Shown here piece by piece: positions 46,902 to 58,388 of a stretch of 64,000 bases of DNA (position 1 is its first letter; each line of letters starts with the position of its first letter). This stretch comes from Patellaria atrata CBS 101060 (Eukaryota). The notes under the pieces are model-generated. The model worked only from the letters and a program-made list of their open reading frames with translations. It had not been told where the DNA came from and searched no databases. The stretch covers positions 952,004 through 1,016,003 of the forward strand of contig MU006096.1 in assembly GCA_010093705.1 (NCBI GenBank), in the 5' to 3' direction. A program made the position numbers and the translations under genes.

Positions 46902-49313
46902 TCAGATCTCAGCAATTTCCTTTTTCCTTCCTTTTCTATCTACTCTCTCATCCTCCGGATTAAAACCGCCATTACCCCAAAGCGCCCATTCAGGGGTTGG
47001 TGGTCCCATATAGTCCTCCGGCATAAAGCTCTTCCCTGACTCTAAACACTCAAAGAACTTGTCATAATCGATGAGAGTACACCATTTACCATCTCTTCTG
47101 AATCGTGTACTGGCTAGTAAAACACAACAACTATGTGCATGCTCAGCCGCAATACCATATTCCAGTCCCCGCTTAGCAAGAGCATCATTGAGAGCAGTGA
47201 CGAATTCCGTTACTTCAGCGTAGAAGGGTACATTCTGCATAGTTAAACCGGCCGAGGAAGAAGTTGATGTCCCGCAGTAGGTGACACCTTTGATTTCGAC
47301 AAAACATGGTAGGCTGCGAGCAACGAGATCAGCGTAACCTTCAACCTCATCCTCGACATTGAAGCCCTTGACCAGTGTCAGACGGAATACAGTCCGTTGT
47401 TGGAATCTTTTCTCCCTGAGAATCTCTAGACATCTTTGGAATCTCTCCCAGAAATCGCGATGAAGAGGCCTGTCAATCTTACGGAGACTCTCGCGGTTCG
47501 AGGCGTCGATTGAAACGTAAAGCTGTGTTACGGGTTTCAAAGCGGCAAGCTGATCGGGATGCTGCGCGTTACAAACCAGGAAGCTGGAGATGTGTTCTTT
47601 ATGTAGCATGGTTGTAAACTCATTAATGTGAGGATAGAATATGGGCTCGCCAACGAGAGATAGCGCACAATGTCGTATCCTCATCGCTTCAGCAAATCTC
47701 TCCGCACGAACTCCAGGAACACCTTTCATCATCTTGATCTTCTTGTAATGTCCTTCTTTGACTCCTTTGAAAATCTCTTCCGGAGGGTCCACGACCCAGC
47801 GCCATGTTGTTCCTACCGGATTGGTACCGTGACGCCAACAGAATACACACTTATTGCTACAGGACAGCGATGGAGTAGTTTCCATACATAGATGCGACTT
47901 AATTCCGTAGAATGAGAATTTGTAGCATGAACCACGGCCCCGAAGAGCAGATTTAGTCCAGCGACAGATTTTGACGCCTGAATGAGAGCCTACGATTGTG
48001 TAACCCTGCTTGGTGAGAGCAGCATAAGTAGGGGAGGATTTCGGAACCATCTCTTTTATTTGAACGGAATTTGGTCTTATCGAATGATTTGAAGACTTGT
48101 AGGCGGTAAAGTCAATGGGTACTAGAGATGATGATGGAGATTCCTTCTGGATCATAAGTCCCAGATCTTCTACATCGTCCACCCGTTTACCTCTAGCAGC
48201 TTCTCGAGTCCTGGATGCTCCCTCTACCGCTTCATCTCCATCTTCTTCTTCTTCTTCTACCGCATCCTCCTCATCACTTTCTACAGGATCTCCACTTCCA
48301 ACAACACCATCACCGAGCCCACGTCCGGACAAGATCTCTAAAAATACCTCCTGCACCCCGAAACGCCACTCCTGTAGCCTCTCAGTTGCATCACTCTTAA
48401 CATCCCCCATCCCCAATGGGAAAGCTCTCTTCTTTCCTGTTAATCTTGCTAGCCATTTATCGACTTCCTTTGCTTGCGAGCAGAAACCCTCTTCTTCGGT
48501 TGGCCAGCCCTCTAGATCCCCAAGTCCAAACACTGAATATCCAAGCAGAGCTTCCAGAGGTGCGGTATCTATCCTGAAGTCATTGTGGGTCTCCTGTAGA
48601 TGCTCTAGAAAAGTGTTCATTATGGTGTCAATGTTATAGGAGGGTATGATCATAAGGTAGAAATATTTTATATCCAATTCACCTTTTGGAGGTGAGATGA
48701 AATAGTCGTCTAACTCGATTTCAGAAAGGTCGTGAAGCTTCGCCTCTAATAGGTTGAATGTTTCCGCATCCGAAGAATTTCTCCACGAATTCAGGGCCTT
48801 AACGAATTCTGATGCAGTAGTCTTCGTCGTCCCAAGTAAAGACGAGTAGAAAACCAACGGCTGTACCTTGTCCTTTCCATTATCAAATGACGCTGCTCTG
48901 GTAGCTGCCTTTCGCACGCTCTTGTTGCCAGTAATTCTCTTCGGTATGCCTTTCCCTAAGACCTTTGTTGGAGCTATGATGGTGACATTCTCGACATGGT
49001 CGTCATCTAAGCCTCGCAACTTCGCTCCAACGTCCGTTTTCGGTGATGACCAGTCTAAGGTGTTCTTATCGATAGTATTTGGAGATCCGGGGAGTGAAGA
49101 GGCGGACGGTCCTTTATGGCGTTGGCGCAGTGTTAATTCAGATTTTATGAGCGTAAGGATTATGAAGATACCCAAAATAAGGGGCAATCGGTATGCGTGC
49201 CATATTTCTAAAGGATCTACACATTGAACAAGACATCAGTAACAAGCTCACTAGTAGATCATTTAGCAGCGAATCTTACTCATATGAAGCTCAGAAGAAG
49301 CCATGTTCTCCAT
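46902..49313 (-). CDS. TYW1: tRNA wybutosine-synthesising protein Tyw1 (flavodoxin plus radical SAM; 2 exons)
   Basis: N-terminal membrane anchor, flavodoxin-like domain, IVGSHSGVKICRWTKSALRGRGSCYK, CSNKCVFCWRH (CxxxCxxC), HCALSLVGEP. Confidence 0.95.
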
Positions 49314-49806
49314 TTTGTCTTCTTAGAGGTGACTATACGGACGGGAAGCGAAGGGATATCTGAGAAAAATGCACAATACAAATTTTCATAACTCTGTTCT
49401 GCGCACTACTAGAATCATTCCGCGCAGAGCTATGCTAACTGCATGTGAGACGTGAGCTTTTTCGTATATGAAGAGATTGACTTCAGCGTATCTGAAGGGA
49501 TCGCGTTGGAAATAAGGGTTGATAGGGGGTAGGGCGGGGGAGGGGTTGAAATTTAGTTGAGTTCTCCGCATACCCCTGTCAGCCTTACGACAGGGGTGCG
49601 GCTTCCCCAGATGTTCTCGTCTCTTGCCAGCTTTAGACAAAAACAACACACCCGACCAACCTCTACTTCCTCCTAATTATGACACAGCTATAACATGACC
49701 ATCTCTTCGACTGCTACACTTCTTCTTCATATCACTCATTGTAGCTCTTGTCTCTATATGCTCCATACTTAGTTCATCTTGTAGTTCTACCGTCACTTAA
49801 CACAGC

Positions 49807-51100
49807 ATGCATAACAGCTTTGACAGCTTCTTGTCCGATGGACGTTGTACTGAGCTTGCCCACCCAGACAAGTTTAACTTTGGTCTATCACTGTATGAGA
49901 CGTATACTTCTCATCCCAAATCTATTACTTATACCGTATGATTGCAGCTTCATTCTCGTTGGCATCTTAGTGTCCTACCTTCCGCAACACCTGCGGATCA
50001 TATTCCGGAGGTCATCCGAAGGCCTCTCACCACTATTCGTGCTACTTGGAACTGTATCAGGAACATGCGCTATATTCAACATCGTCTCTCTGCCCACTAG
50101 TCAGGCTGATGTAGCTTGCTGCAAGGAGATAAGCGGTCTGGCATGCACGGCTAGCATCCTGGGGATCGCTCAAGTTGGCGTGCAATGGTTTTGTTTCTTC
50201 ATCATGTAAGATTCTCTGCAACTCCTGAAATACTCTCTAACACTTTCATATAGTATGTTACTCTTCATCATCTTCATTCCCCGCCCCATCCCCAGCCGTG
50301 CGAATCCGCGCGCAAGTTGGGAAAATACACCTTCGCCCACTTGGAGAGAGGCCGTTACGGTCGTCGCTATTTGTATGGCTACTTTTGTTGCCGTCTTCAT
50401 CATCACCGGCGTCTTTTTCCTTCGTTACCCACAAAACCTGCAAGTCTGGGCCAACCTTCTCGGCGCTAGTGCCGGCGTTATGGCCTGTATCCAATACCTC
50501 CCACAGATCTGGACAACTTGGCGATTACAGCATGTTATGAGTCTCAGTGTGCCCATGATGTGCATCCAAACTCCTGGTAGCTTCGTCTTCGCAGCAAGTC
50601 TAGGTTTGCGGCTTGGCTGGGATGGGTGGAGCGCATGGGGTGTGTATATCGTAACCGGCATCTTACAAGGCTTCCTCCTTGTTATGGGCATCATATTTCT
50701 CATCCGGGATCGCAAGGCAGACAAAAAGGTCGCCCAACCCCTAGGCAACGGCTTAGGAAGCCATCTTCGAATGCCTGAAGAGTCCGACGATGAAGGCGGC
50801 TTGACCGGAACGAATGACTCCTCCCCATCCGAGACCTCCCCGTTGCTCGATCGCACCTCAAACCCGCGCCCCGCCAGACGCGTAGGGAACGAGCGCAGTC
50901 TTAGTGAACGTCTCGCGACGCGCGATGTCTACGGCGGTCCAGACTCCTCGGGCAGCACTAAGCAGACCACTCCTTCGCCGTCCAAATTCAAGCAGCTAGG
51001 GAGAACCATAAGTGCAGACTCGGGAGCAGGAGCGGTAGGAGTAGTACCGGAGGCTAGGAGAAAGTCCAAATTATCCCTTACGCAGAATACTGACGCCTGA
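49807..51100 (+). CDS. PQ-loop repeat membrane protein (3 exons)
   Basis: Two PQ motifs: VSYLPQHLRIIFRRSSEGLS and IQYLPQIWTTWRLQHVMSLS. Acidic dileucine-like ETSPLL in the tail. Confidence 0.88.
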
Positions 51101-51467
51101 TTATAGCCGCCGGATCCGAGCTTCAGGTGGGATAGTGAGGAGTTGCGGGTATTGCCGGGCGAACCGAGCGGTGGAAGACCTGGAGAGATATGGGCGTTTC
51201 GGGAGTTGACTGGAGATACCCAGGAATTGGATCGAATTCGAGGTTCGCGAAAGGGAGTAAGATTTGTCTAGCGTTTCGTTTTGTGGTATAATGCATATAC
51301 TCGTATTATGCTATTACAGTCGAACAACGACTTTACAGCTCTACGTACCCTCTGCAGCTCTGAACGAACATTCTCAACTCGAAATACAGTGAAGTATATG
51401 TAAAATTTATAACACATCAACCGCCACAAAATATCGACAACCCTTTCAAAAAATACTCCAGAATACT

Positions 51468-53927
51468 TTATAACCCCCAAGTCTTTCCCCATCCCGTCTC
51501 CTGTCCATTTCCCAGCTCCCTCTCCTGCCCCTTCTTTCGTCCCTTCTCTTGCTCGATTCTCTGCTGATCCTGATACTCCTCTAACTTACTCCCCCGAATA
51601 ACAAACCAACATGTCCTCCACAACCGAACCCACTCGCCACCTCTATCCTTCGGTGTCCTCCCATCCAGCGCCTCAATCTCCGGCTCCGCGATCCTCACCG
51701 CCGCAACCAACTTCTCCGCCAACACCTTTCCGAGCTTTATACTCGGCTCCTCCACGAGCATCTCCTGCAACAATTTCCGAATCGCCCGTTCTGCATGCGC
51801 CTGATGATCCCAGGTGGCGACAAAGTCAAACGCGAGGGCATACATGGCGGGGGTGTGGGTGACGAAGTGCCGGGATAGGGCATCCCAGATGTGCCAGAAG
51901 GAGGCCTGGTCGAAGGCTGCAACGTGGTATTTCAGCATCGCTAGTGCTGTGTCGTGATCGCGGAGGGGAGAGGCCTCGGGGGCGTAGTCGTCGATGAAGG
52001 CGAGGAGGCGATTTTGCAGACTGATTGCGGAAGCTGCGGTCTGTGGGTCTTGGGGCGGGGTCCGGGGTGTCACGTTTGTGAGGAGGAGGGAGAAGGTTTC
52101 AGGGGTTAGGGCGTTGTAGCCGTGGTTGTTGAGGGATCTGACGATGTCGAGAGAGCTCTCGAGGAGTTTGAGGTCTGGGGTGCTGGATTGGAAGAGGCGG
52201 TTTGATTCGTATGCGAGACCACGCAGGATGAGGTCAGAGATGGCCGGTGTGATGGGGAGCCCGTGAGAGAGCATTCTATCGTAAGCTTCCGTGAGGTAGT
52301 GGGATGTGTAGGCTTGGTGGCGGAGCTGGATGGCGTAGGTGAATATGGCGAGTTTACGTTCCCAATGAGAGATTGGTGCGAAGATGTTGACGTCTTCGTA
52401 AAAGGAGCGGAGGAAAGGAGTTGATTTGATGTCGTGAGGGCCTTCGCCTAACTGTGCGATTGCTTCCTTATGAGATAGGCTGCGTAAGTATTGGAGTTCG
52501 GGGTAGGTCTCTCCCCATAGAACGCGTGGAGCGTTCTCGGCTTGAATAACATCGCCAGAAGCTGATCCGATCAATTCCTCCATCACATCTGGTAGAAGGA
52601 CCTCAACCGATGCCCCAATAGATTCATGTACTAGGGGTACATATTGATCAAAAGAGACAGTTTCCGGGACCTTCTGCTCCGCTCTAGACGACGCTTGTAT
52701 TGGTTCCGCCTTTGTCGGCTCCTGAAGATAACTGTCCAATGACTCCAATCTTCGGTTATTAGAGTTGGGAGAGGTCTCATTCAAACTCCTTAAATCCCAA
52801 GTTGTGCTTTCCAAGGCCATGGTATTCCTCCGGAAATGAGTAGCGTGATATTGCCTGACCTGTTGGGCCGTTTGCGAGTTTGATACGTGGGGCCGTGCAT
52901 CATCTCGATTGAAAGATGCTGCATGGATCGGAGAGTTACTCTCTATAGGGGAAGAGGTAACTTGGGATCCTGAAGGAGATTTCTGTTCCTCTGGAGTGGA
53001 TGAAGGGTTTTCCTCAGCTAACATTTTTTCCGAGCGGCGTTTTATTCCCAACCAAAGTTTTTCAAGATCAATCTCACCTCTCTTCTCTTCAGTGAACATC
53101 TGAACTACAACCGTCACGCCATCTGACCGCCTTCCGAACCCTATAAAGTTACCCTCCCGTTCTTCTCTTACTGGTACATCCTTTGCGGGTTCCACTCTTC
53201 CTAAATTGACACAAACCCAACCTGTCCTGATTCCATCATCAACTTCCGCCATCTCCGTCGCTCCAGCGCTAGCCATTATTCTTGACCGCCTTGCTTTCCG
53301 TCTTAATTTAAGCTTCAGTTCATTCCGACCCAATAGCCCATCAGCCAACGGACGAAGCTGGTATGTACTCCTCAACCACCGACACAATCTATCCGCAGAG
53401 ACATGAAGATGCTTTTCGCTTCGTGCTGTCCCAATTACCATAAGGAGACTGCCCCCTAGTGCAGGAGGGGGATCGATATTCCGAAGATCCAAAAGACTGA
53501 GATCATCTATACCTAGGTCGACGGAGATATGTTGGAGAAGGTCCTGAAGAATTGGGGGGGAGTATTCTGGAAGATCCGGTATTCGTTGCCGTTCTGCCAT
53601 CGGATGAGAAGGGTCTAACTGCTTTGGTTGCTTCTGAGTGTCCACTTGTAAATACCAGGGGACATAGGTGGCATTGGATTTCCCATCGGTAGGAGTCTCA
53701 TGTTCCTCGCTTTTAAGCTTTGTAGTATTATCGTTTAGAGATTGCTGTGCAATGAAGGATCTAGTAGGTCGATTGAAATTTCTCCTTTGCCCCTGTCCAT
53801 GACGACTGAATATGAACTCTGATTGGGAAGGTAGAGATATGCCAGATAGAGAAGAAAATGATCGAAGAATGGTGAGACGACATCCATTGCACTGGAGTAC
53901 GGATGTCGCAGCTCGCGCGACAGACAT
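51468..53927 (-). CDS. ATP25: Mitochondrial ATPase synthesis protein Atp25
   Basis: Presequence MSVARAATSVL, VPWYLQV, and an RsfS-like domain LLDLRNIDPPPALG..MVIGTARSEKHLHVSADRLCRWLR..ADGLLGRNELKLKLRRKARR. Confidence 0.88.
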   Translation of the reverse strand: MSVARAATSVLQCNGCRLTILRSFSSLSGISLPSQSEFIFSRHGQGQRRNFNRPTRSFIAQQSLNDNTTKLKSEEHETPTDGKSNATYVPWYLQVDTQKQPKQLDPSHPMAERQRIPDLPEYSPPILQDLLQHISVDLGIDDLSLLDLRNIDPPPALGGSLLMVIGTARSEKHLHVSADRLCRWLRSTYQLRPLADGLLGRNELKLKLRRKARRSRIMASAGATEMAEVDDGIRTGWVCVNLGRVEPAKDVPVREEREGNFIGFGRRSDGVTVVVQMFTEEKRGEIDLEKLWLGIKRRSEKMLAEENPSSTPEEQKSPSGSQVTSSPIESNSPIHAASFNRDDARPHVSNSQTAQQVRQYHATHFRRNTMALESTTWDLRSLNETSPNSNNRRLESLDSYLQEPTKAEPIQASSRAEQKVPETVSFDQYVPLVHESIGASVEVLLPDVMEELIGSASGDVIQAENAPRVLWGETYPELQYLRSLSHKEAIAQLGEGPHDIKSTPFLRSFYEDVNIFAPISHWERKLAIFTYAIQLRHQAYTSHYLTEAYDRMLSHGLPITPAISDLILRGLAYESNRLFQSSTPDLKLLESSLDIVRSLNNHGYNALTPETFSLLLTNVTPRTPPQDPQTAASAISLQNRLLAFIDDYAPEASPLRDHDTALAMLKYHVAAFDQASFWHIWDALSRHFVTHTPAMYALAFDFVATWDHQAHAERAIRKLLQEMLVEEPSIKLGKVLAEKLVAAVRIAEPEIEALDGRTPKDRGGEWVRLWRTCWFVIRGSKLEEYQDQQRIEQEKGRKKGQERELGNGQETGWGKTWGL

Positions 53928-54148
53928 ATTGTTAAAAATGAAGTTGATGAGTACGGAAAACTCCCGTCGCGTAGAACCATCGATGAAACCTGCCAAGGGC
54001 TCAAGGGTAGATTTGCGGAGCGGGAAATATTCGGCTGAACTTTCCAATGTGGCGGAACTTTTATGACTACGAATATGATTTACAATCCAGTCTCACCTTC
54101 AACCTCTTTTTCCCTCTTACTTTATTGTTCATTCTTAATCCCAGGGTT

Positions 54149-55746
54149 ATGTCTATGGATATTGATGCTCCAGTGGCTATACAGCCAGTACCTCAAAATG
54201 CTGCGACGTAAGTTCATCACGGGGTATATTCTAAGAACATCGAGACTAACAAAATATCAGGATTCTATGTTGCAACTGCGGTGTCCCTATTGATGGGACT
54301 AAATCCGCCGGCGCCATGTGCTATGACTGCGTCAAACTGACTGTAGACATCTCCCAAGGCATACAACGAGAAGCGACCCTCCACATGTGCAGGGACTGTG
54401 ACAGGTGGCTCTCGCCACCACAACAGTGGGTTGTCGCGCAACCAGAGTCTAGAGAGCTTCTTGCTCTCTGTTTAAGAAAACTGAGAGGGTTGGGAAAAGT
54501 ACGTATTATCGACGCTAGTTTTATATGGACGGAACCGCACTCTCGGAGAGTGAAGGTTAAGATTACGGTACAACAAGAGGTCTTCGAGGGAAGCATAATG
54601 CAGCAAACTTTCGAGGTGGAATATGTTCAAGCATTTCAACAGTGCCCAGACTGCGCAAAGTCATATACACATAACACATGGAGAGCGGTGGTCCAAGTGA
54701 GACAGAAAGTATCCCATAAAAGGACATTCCTATACCTGGAACAGCTTATATTGAGGCACGGTGCCCACAAGGACACGATAAATATCAAGGAAGTCAACGA
54801 TGGAATCGACTTTTACTTCGGCCAACGAAATCACGCTGAAAAATTCGTAGATTTCCTTAAATCCGTAACCCCTGTACACATCAAGAAATCTCAGGAGCTC
54901 ATCTCCATGGACATCCATTCCTCCACCAAATCCTATAAATTCTCTTACTCCGCTGAGCTCGTCCCGATCTGCAAAGATGATCTCGTTGTCATCCCCACTA
55001 AACTTGCCAAACAAATCGGAAACATCTCCCCCCTAGCCCTCTGCTACCGTGTCGGCACCTCTGTCAGCTTCCTCGACCCGCACACCCTCCAAACTGCCGA
55101 CATCTCCGAAAAGCAGTTTTGGCACGAACCGTTTGCCGCGCTTGCAGACGTACCAGAGCTCGTTGAGTTCATTGTGCTAGATATTGAGCCTCTAGGCGTA
55201 GTACGGGGTCGACACGTCCTCGCCGAAGCCACTATCGCCCGGGCCTCCGACATGGGCGTGAACGACACGACGTACACGACTCGCACGCATCTCGGCACCA
55301 TCATCCACGTCGGCGATAGCGTGCTGGGGTACCACCTTACCGGTACCAACTTCAACAACGCGCTCTTCGAGTCGCTCGAGCGCTCTAAGCACGCCTCTCG
55401 CATACCGGACGCCATCCTCGTCAAGAAACTCTACACGCGCAGGAAGAAGCGAACGCGGAACTGGCAGCTCAAGCGCCTCGCGAAGGAGGAGAGCGAGATG
55501 CTACCGCGAAAGCAAGACCAAGATCGCATGGAGCGCGACTTTGAGATGTTCCTGCGGGATGTAGAGGAAGATGAGGACCTGCGGAACACGATGGCGTTGT
55601 ATAAGGCCCAGAAACAGCGGGAACTAGAGGCGCAGGGTCAGATGGATGAGGAGAGCGGGAGCGAGGAGGAGGGCATCACGATTCCGATGGAGCAGCTTAT
55701 TGATGAGATGGAGGATTTGGATATGAGGGATGGGGAGGTGGTTTGA
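54149..55746 (+). CDS. NMD3: 60S ribosomal export adaptor Nmd3 (2 exons)
   Basis: ILCCNCG..MCYDC, CRDC, FIWTEPHSRRVKVK, CPDC, WRAVVQVRQKVSHKRTFLYLEQLIL and a C-terminal NES-like tail. Confidence 0.96.
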
Positions 55747-55964
55747 TGGGTGTAAGAGTTTTGTCATTTTGAGAGCATTTCCGCGGTGTACGGGCTCGTT
55801 TTTAGAAATACTTCATGAGTTTACGGGTATGGGACTGGGTGTTCCTGCGCAAATAGAATATGAGACTTGCACTGAGAAGGGAACTCGTCTTTTCGAACCG
55901 ACAGATTTGTGCCCAATGCACTTGAGATGTCCCATTTCCCACCTGGGACTTCTCTTGTGCGTAC

Positions 55965-56090
55965 ATCTGCTGTACAGTTAGCTCATCCTGTACAACTAGG
56001 TCATGCTGTACATTTCACTCATTATGTACCTTACAGTCACTCTGTACATTTTACTCATTCTGTACATCCCAATCATGCCATACATTCAAC
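55965..56090. repeat. Degenerate 18-bp tandem repeat x7 built around TGTAC(A)
   Basis: Cores at 55971, 55989, 56007, 56025, 56043, 56061 and 56079 (last degenerate), an exact 18-bp period. Confidence 0.85.
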
Positions 56091-56231
56091 TTATATAAGA
56101 TGTTTCCCGCAACAGATCCACGTTCCTAACCCAATCGCCATCCTCCGCAACCCACCCTAACCAATACCAGATATACTCCCTCCTCTCCCAAGACCCAACA
56201 AAAAAGCCCCCACATAACCCAACACCTCAAC

Positions 56232-57028
56232 CTACGGCTCCTCATAAGGTGCCATGAGCTCATTGTTCTCCACCATCTCCGCAAAGTGCTCAATAGCCGT
56301 AGTATGACACCACGGCTTCTTCCAAATCTCATCCCTAACCGTCGCCGCAAAACACCCGGACCAGCCATGTCTCGGAAAAGCGTGAACGACGGACTCGATA
56401 GTGGAAGGGTGTATCAGCGTCGGGTTCGCTCCGATATTATCTTTCCTTCACATCAGCCACCATGCCAACACCAAACGCAAATAGCGGGTTAATCCAAGAC
56501 AGAGGGAGGGAATGCGGACTCACCGAAGACGGTAGCCAACTGGACCAACAACCCCATCCCCGTAATCGTTCCCACGTCCCCCAAATCCTGATGCCGCACC
56601 ACGGCCTCCGCCACGCTCTCCCACATACTCCTCTCCGCGCCCTCCGCCGCCAACACCTCCATCGCGACCCACGCGCCGCGGAACTCAAAACTCATCTGCG
56701 ACTCCTGCATATTCGCCGCCGTGGTCCCGATATCGTGCAGCAGGCACGTCAGGTAGAATGTCTCGGTAAACGCGAGGAAGTGCGGGAAGTGCTGTCGCGC
56801 GAGCGCTTGTCCGTAGAGGAAGACCCGCATGCTGTGGTTGTAGGTTGCGGGGGGAAGGTGGGAGTGTGCGTAGGTGCGGATGCGGTGGGCGAGGGGGGTG
56901 GAGGGCAGCGGGAGGTCGGAGACGTGTAGGGGTTTTGTGTTTGAGGGAGAGACGTCCTTGAGGAAGAGAGAGTGAGAGCGGGGGACGGCGGTCCAGCCGT
57001 GGGTATGGGTTGGGTTTGGGGTGGACAT
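56232..57028 (-). CDS. HD-domain protein, cyanamide hydratase (Cah/Ddi2-Ddi3) family, 237 aa (intron 56523-56441)
   Basis: HGWTAVPRS, TYNHSMRVF, TCLLHDIGT, MSFEFRG, EAVVRHQD, LQLATVFDNIG-like motif, FPRHGWSGCFA, KPWCHTT. Confidence 0.9.
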
Positions 57029-57880
57029 TTTGGGGGTTTTGATTGGAGATATTCGTGTGGTTAGGGTGGTGTGTATCTTCGACTCTTTGCGGTGGTGGTG
57101 GTTGGGTTTATATCTGAGGGAGTGGTGGATGGGATTGCTCTGCTTTGCTGTGAAGAATGATCATATCGGAGAAGATCCGGTTGCGTTTTATATGGTGTAT
57201 AAATGTCATTATCACCGACGTTGATTGTCTAAGCTTCTTCGTAGGGCGTGTATTCTGGTTCGTTATGATTTCGTCATCTATCAATGCGGAGGGCGGAGAC
57301 GGGAGCTCTAGGATCAGCGATGAAATCAGGAGTAATCAGCAATGATTCGCTCGAATATCTATCCTTTACAGTTACATCTGCTACTTAAACTCTAAAAGAA
57401 GTAGGGGCTTTCAATTTTTATATCACTCTCTTATAGTACACTGCAAGTCAGCAACCCAGCTTATTTTGAATTTTTGATGCCCTGCTATTTGAGTGTCATG
57501 TGCGTCCCCAATGCTCCATCGTAATTGAGGTCAATACACCTCCGTATGGTGAGATGAGTGAATACGAGGTATCTGGAAGTGTCTCTAAAGCAATCTCCGC
57601 GGTTTTTGTGTACGTAGAGCGGCCATTGAGCTTTTTGATTTTTAGAAGGTGCTCATGCCGTCGCGGAGAGACTTGACGACTAATCCTACACGTGACTACC
57701 CATTCTGTGTTAACCCCTTACGACCAGAGAAAAGGGGTGTGGCTCCATAATCTACTTAAGTATTAACTTACAGGATAAGTTAATCTAAAATTGAATTAAT
57801 TTTCTTATTTCCTATCTTCGCTTCTAGGATCATGTACAAGCCTCCCCACAAGCGACATCTACATCTACACGAGTCACGCG

Positions 57881-57911
<31 letters not shown>

Positions 57912-57913
57912 CA
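57881..57913. repeat. (GCA)n/(ACA)n microsatellite downstream of PMC1
   Basis: gcagcagcagcagcagcagcagcaacaacaaca. Confidence 0.9.
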
Positions 57914-58388
57914 AACAACAAGACCGATTTCAAGACTCGTTTTGTACTTTTGCCTTTCCATCCAGCACCAAAGTAGTGTTTAGTAAGACAAGCTACCCAG
58001 AATTGAAGAGACGCTCCCTCACTCCCAGTTAAAGAAAGATCACAAATGAGACAACATAACAGAAGCAATGGTAGACCTGTAAGGGTTATAGTGATGGAAA
58101 ACTCAAGCAAACCCTCCCGTGTCTTAGGATATTCTATTCCGGTACACCTATGTGCGATACCATGATGGAAAACCGCCATGACGCCTGAACAATATGCTGA
58201 GGAAAGTAAGGTAGTATTATACAAAGGGATGAAGCGAGTGATAAAAATACTCGGGAGGTACCGGATGAGAACTTGGTAAGAGATCGTCCGAGTAGATGTA
58301 GGTATGTGGGCGTTTTTGAGTTTGATCCCCAAAGGTGCAACCGGCCTCTAAAGCTGTGTTGAATTAGGTTGAATGATATCTGATTTCT

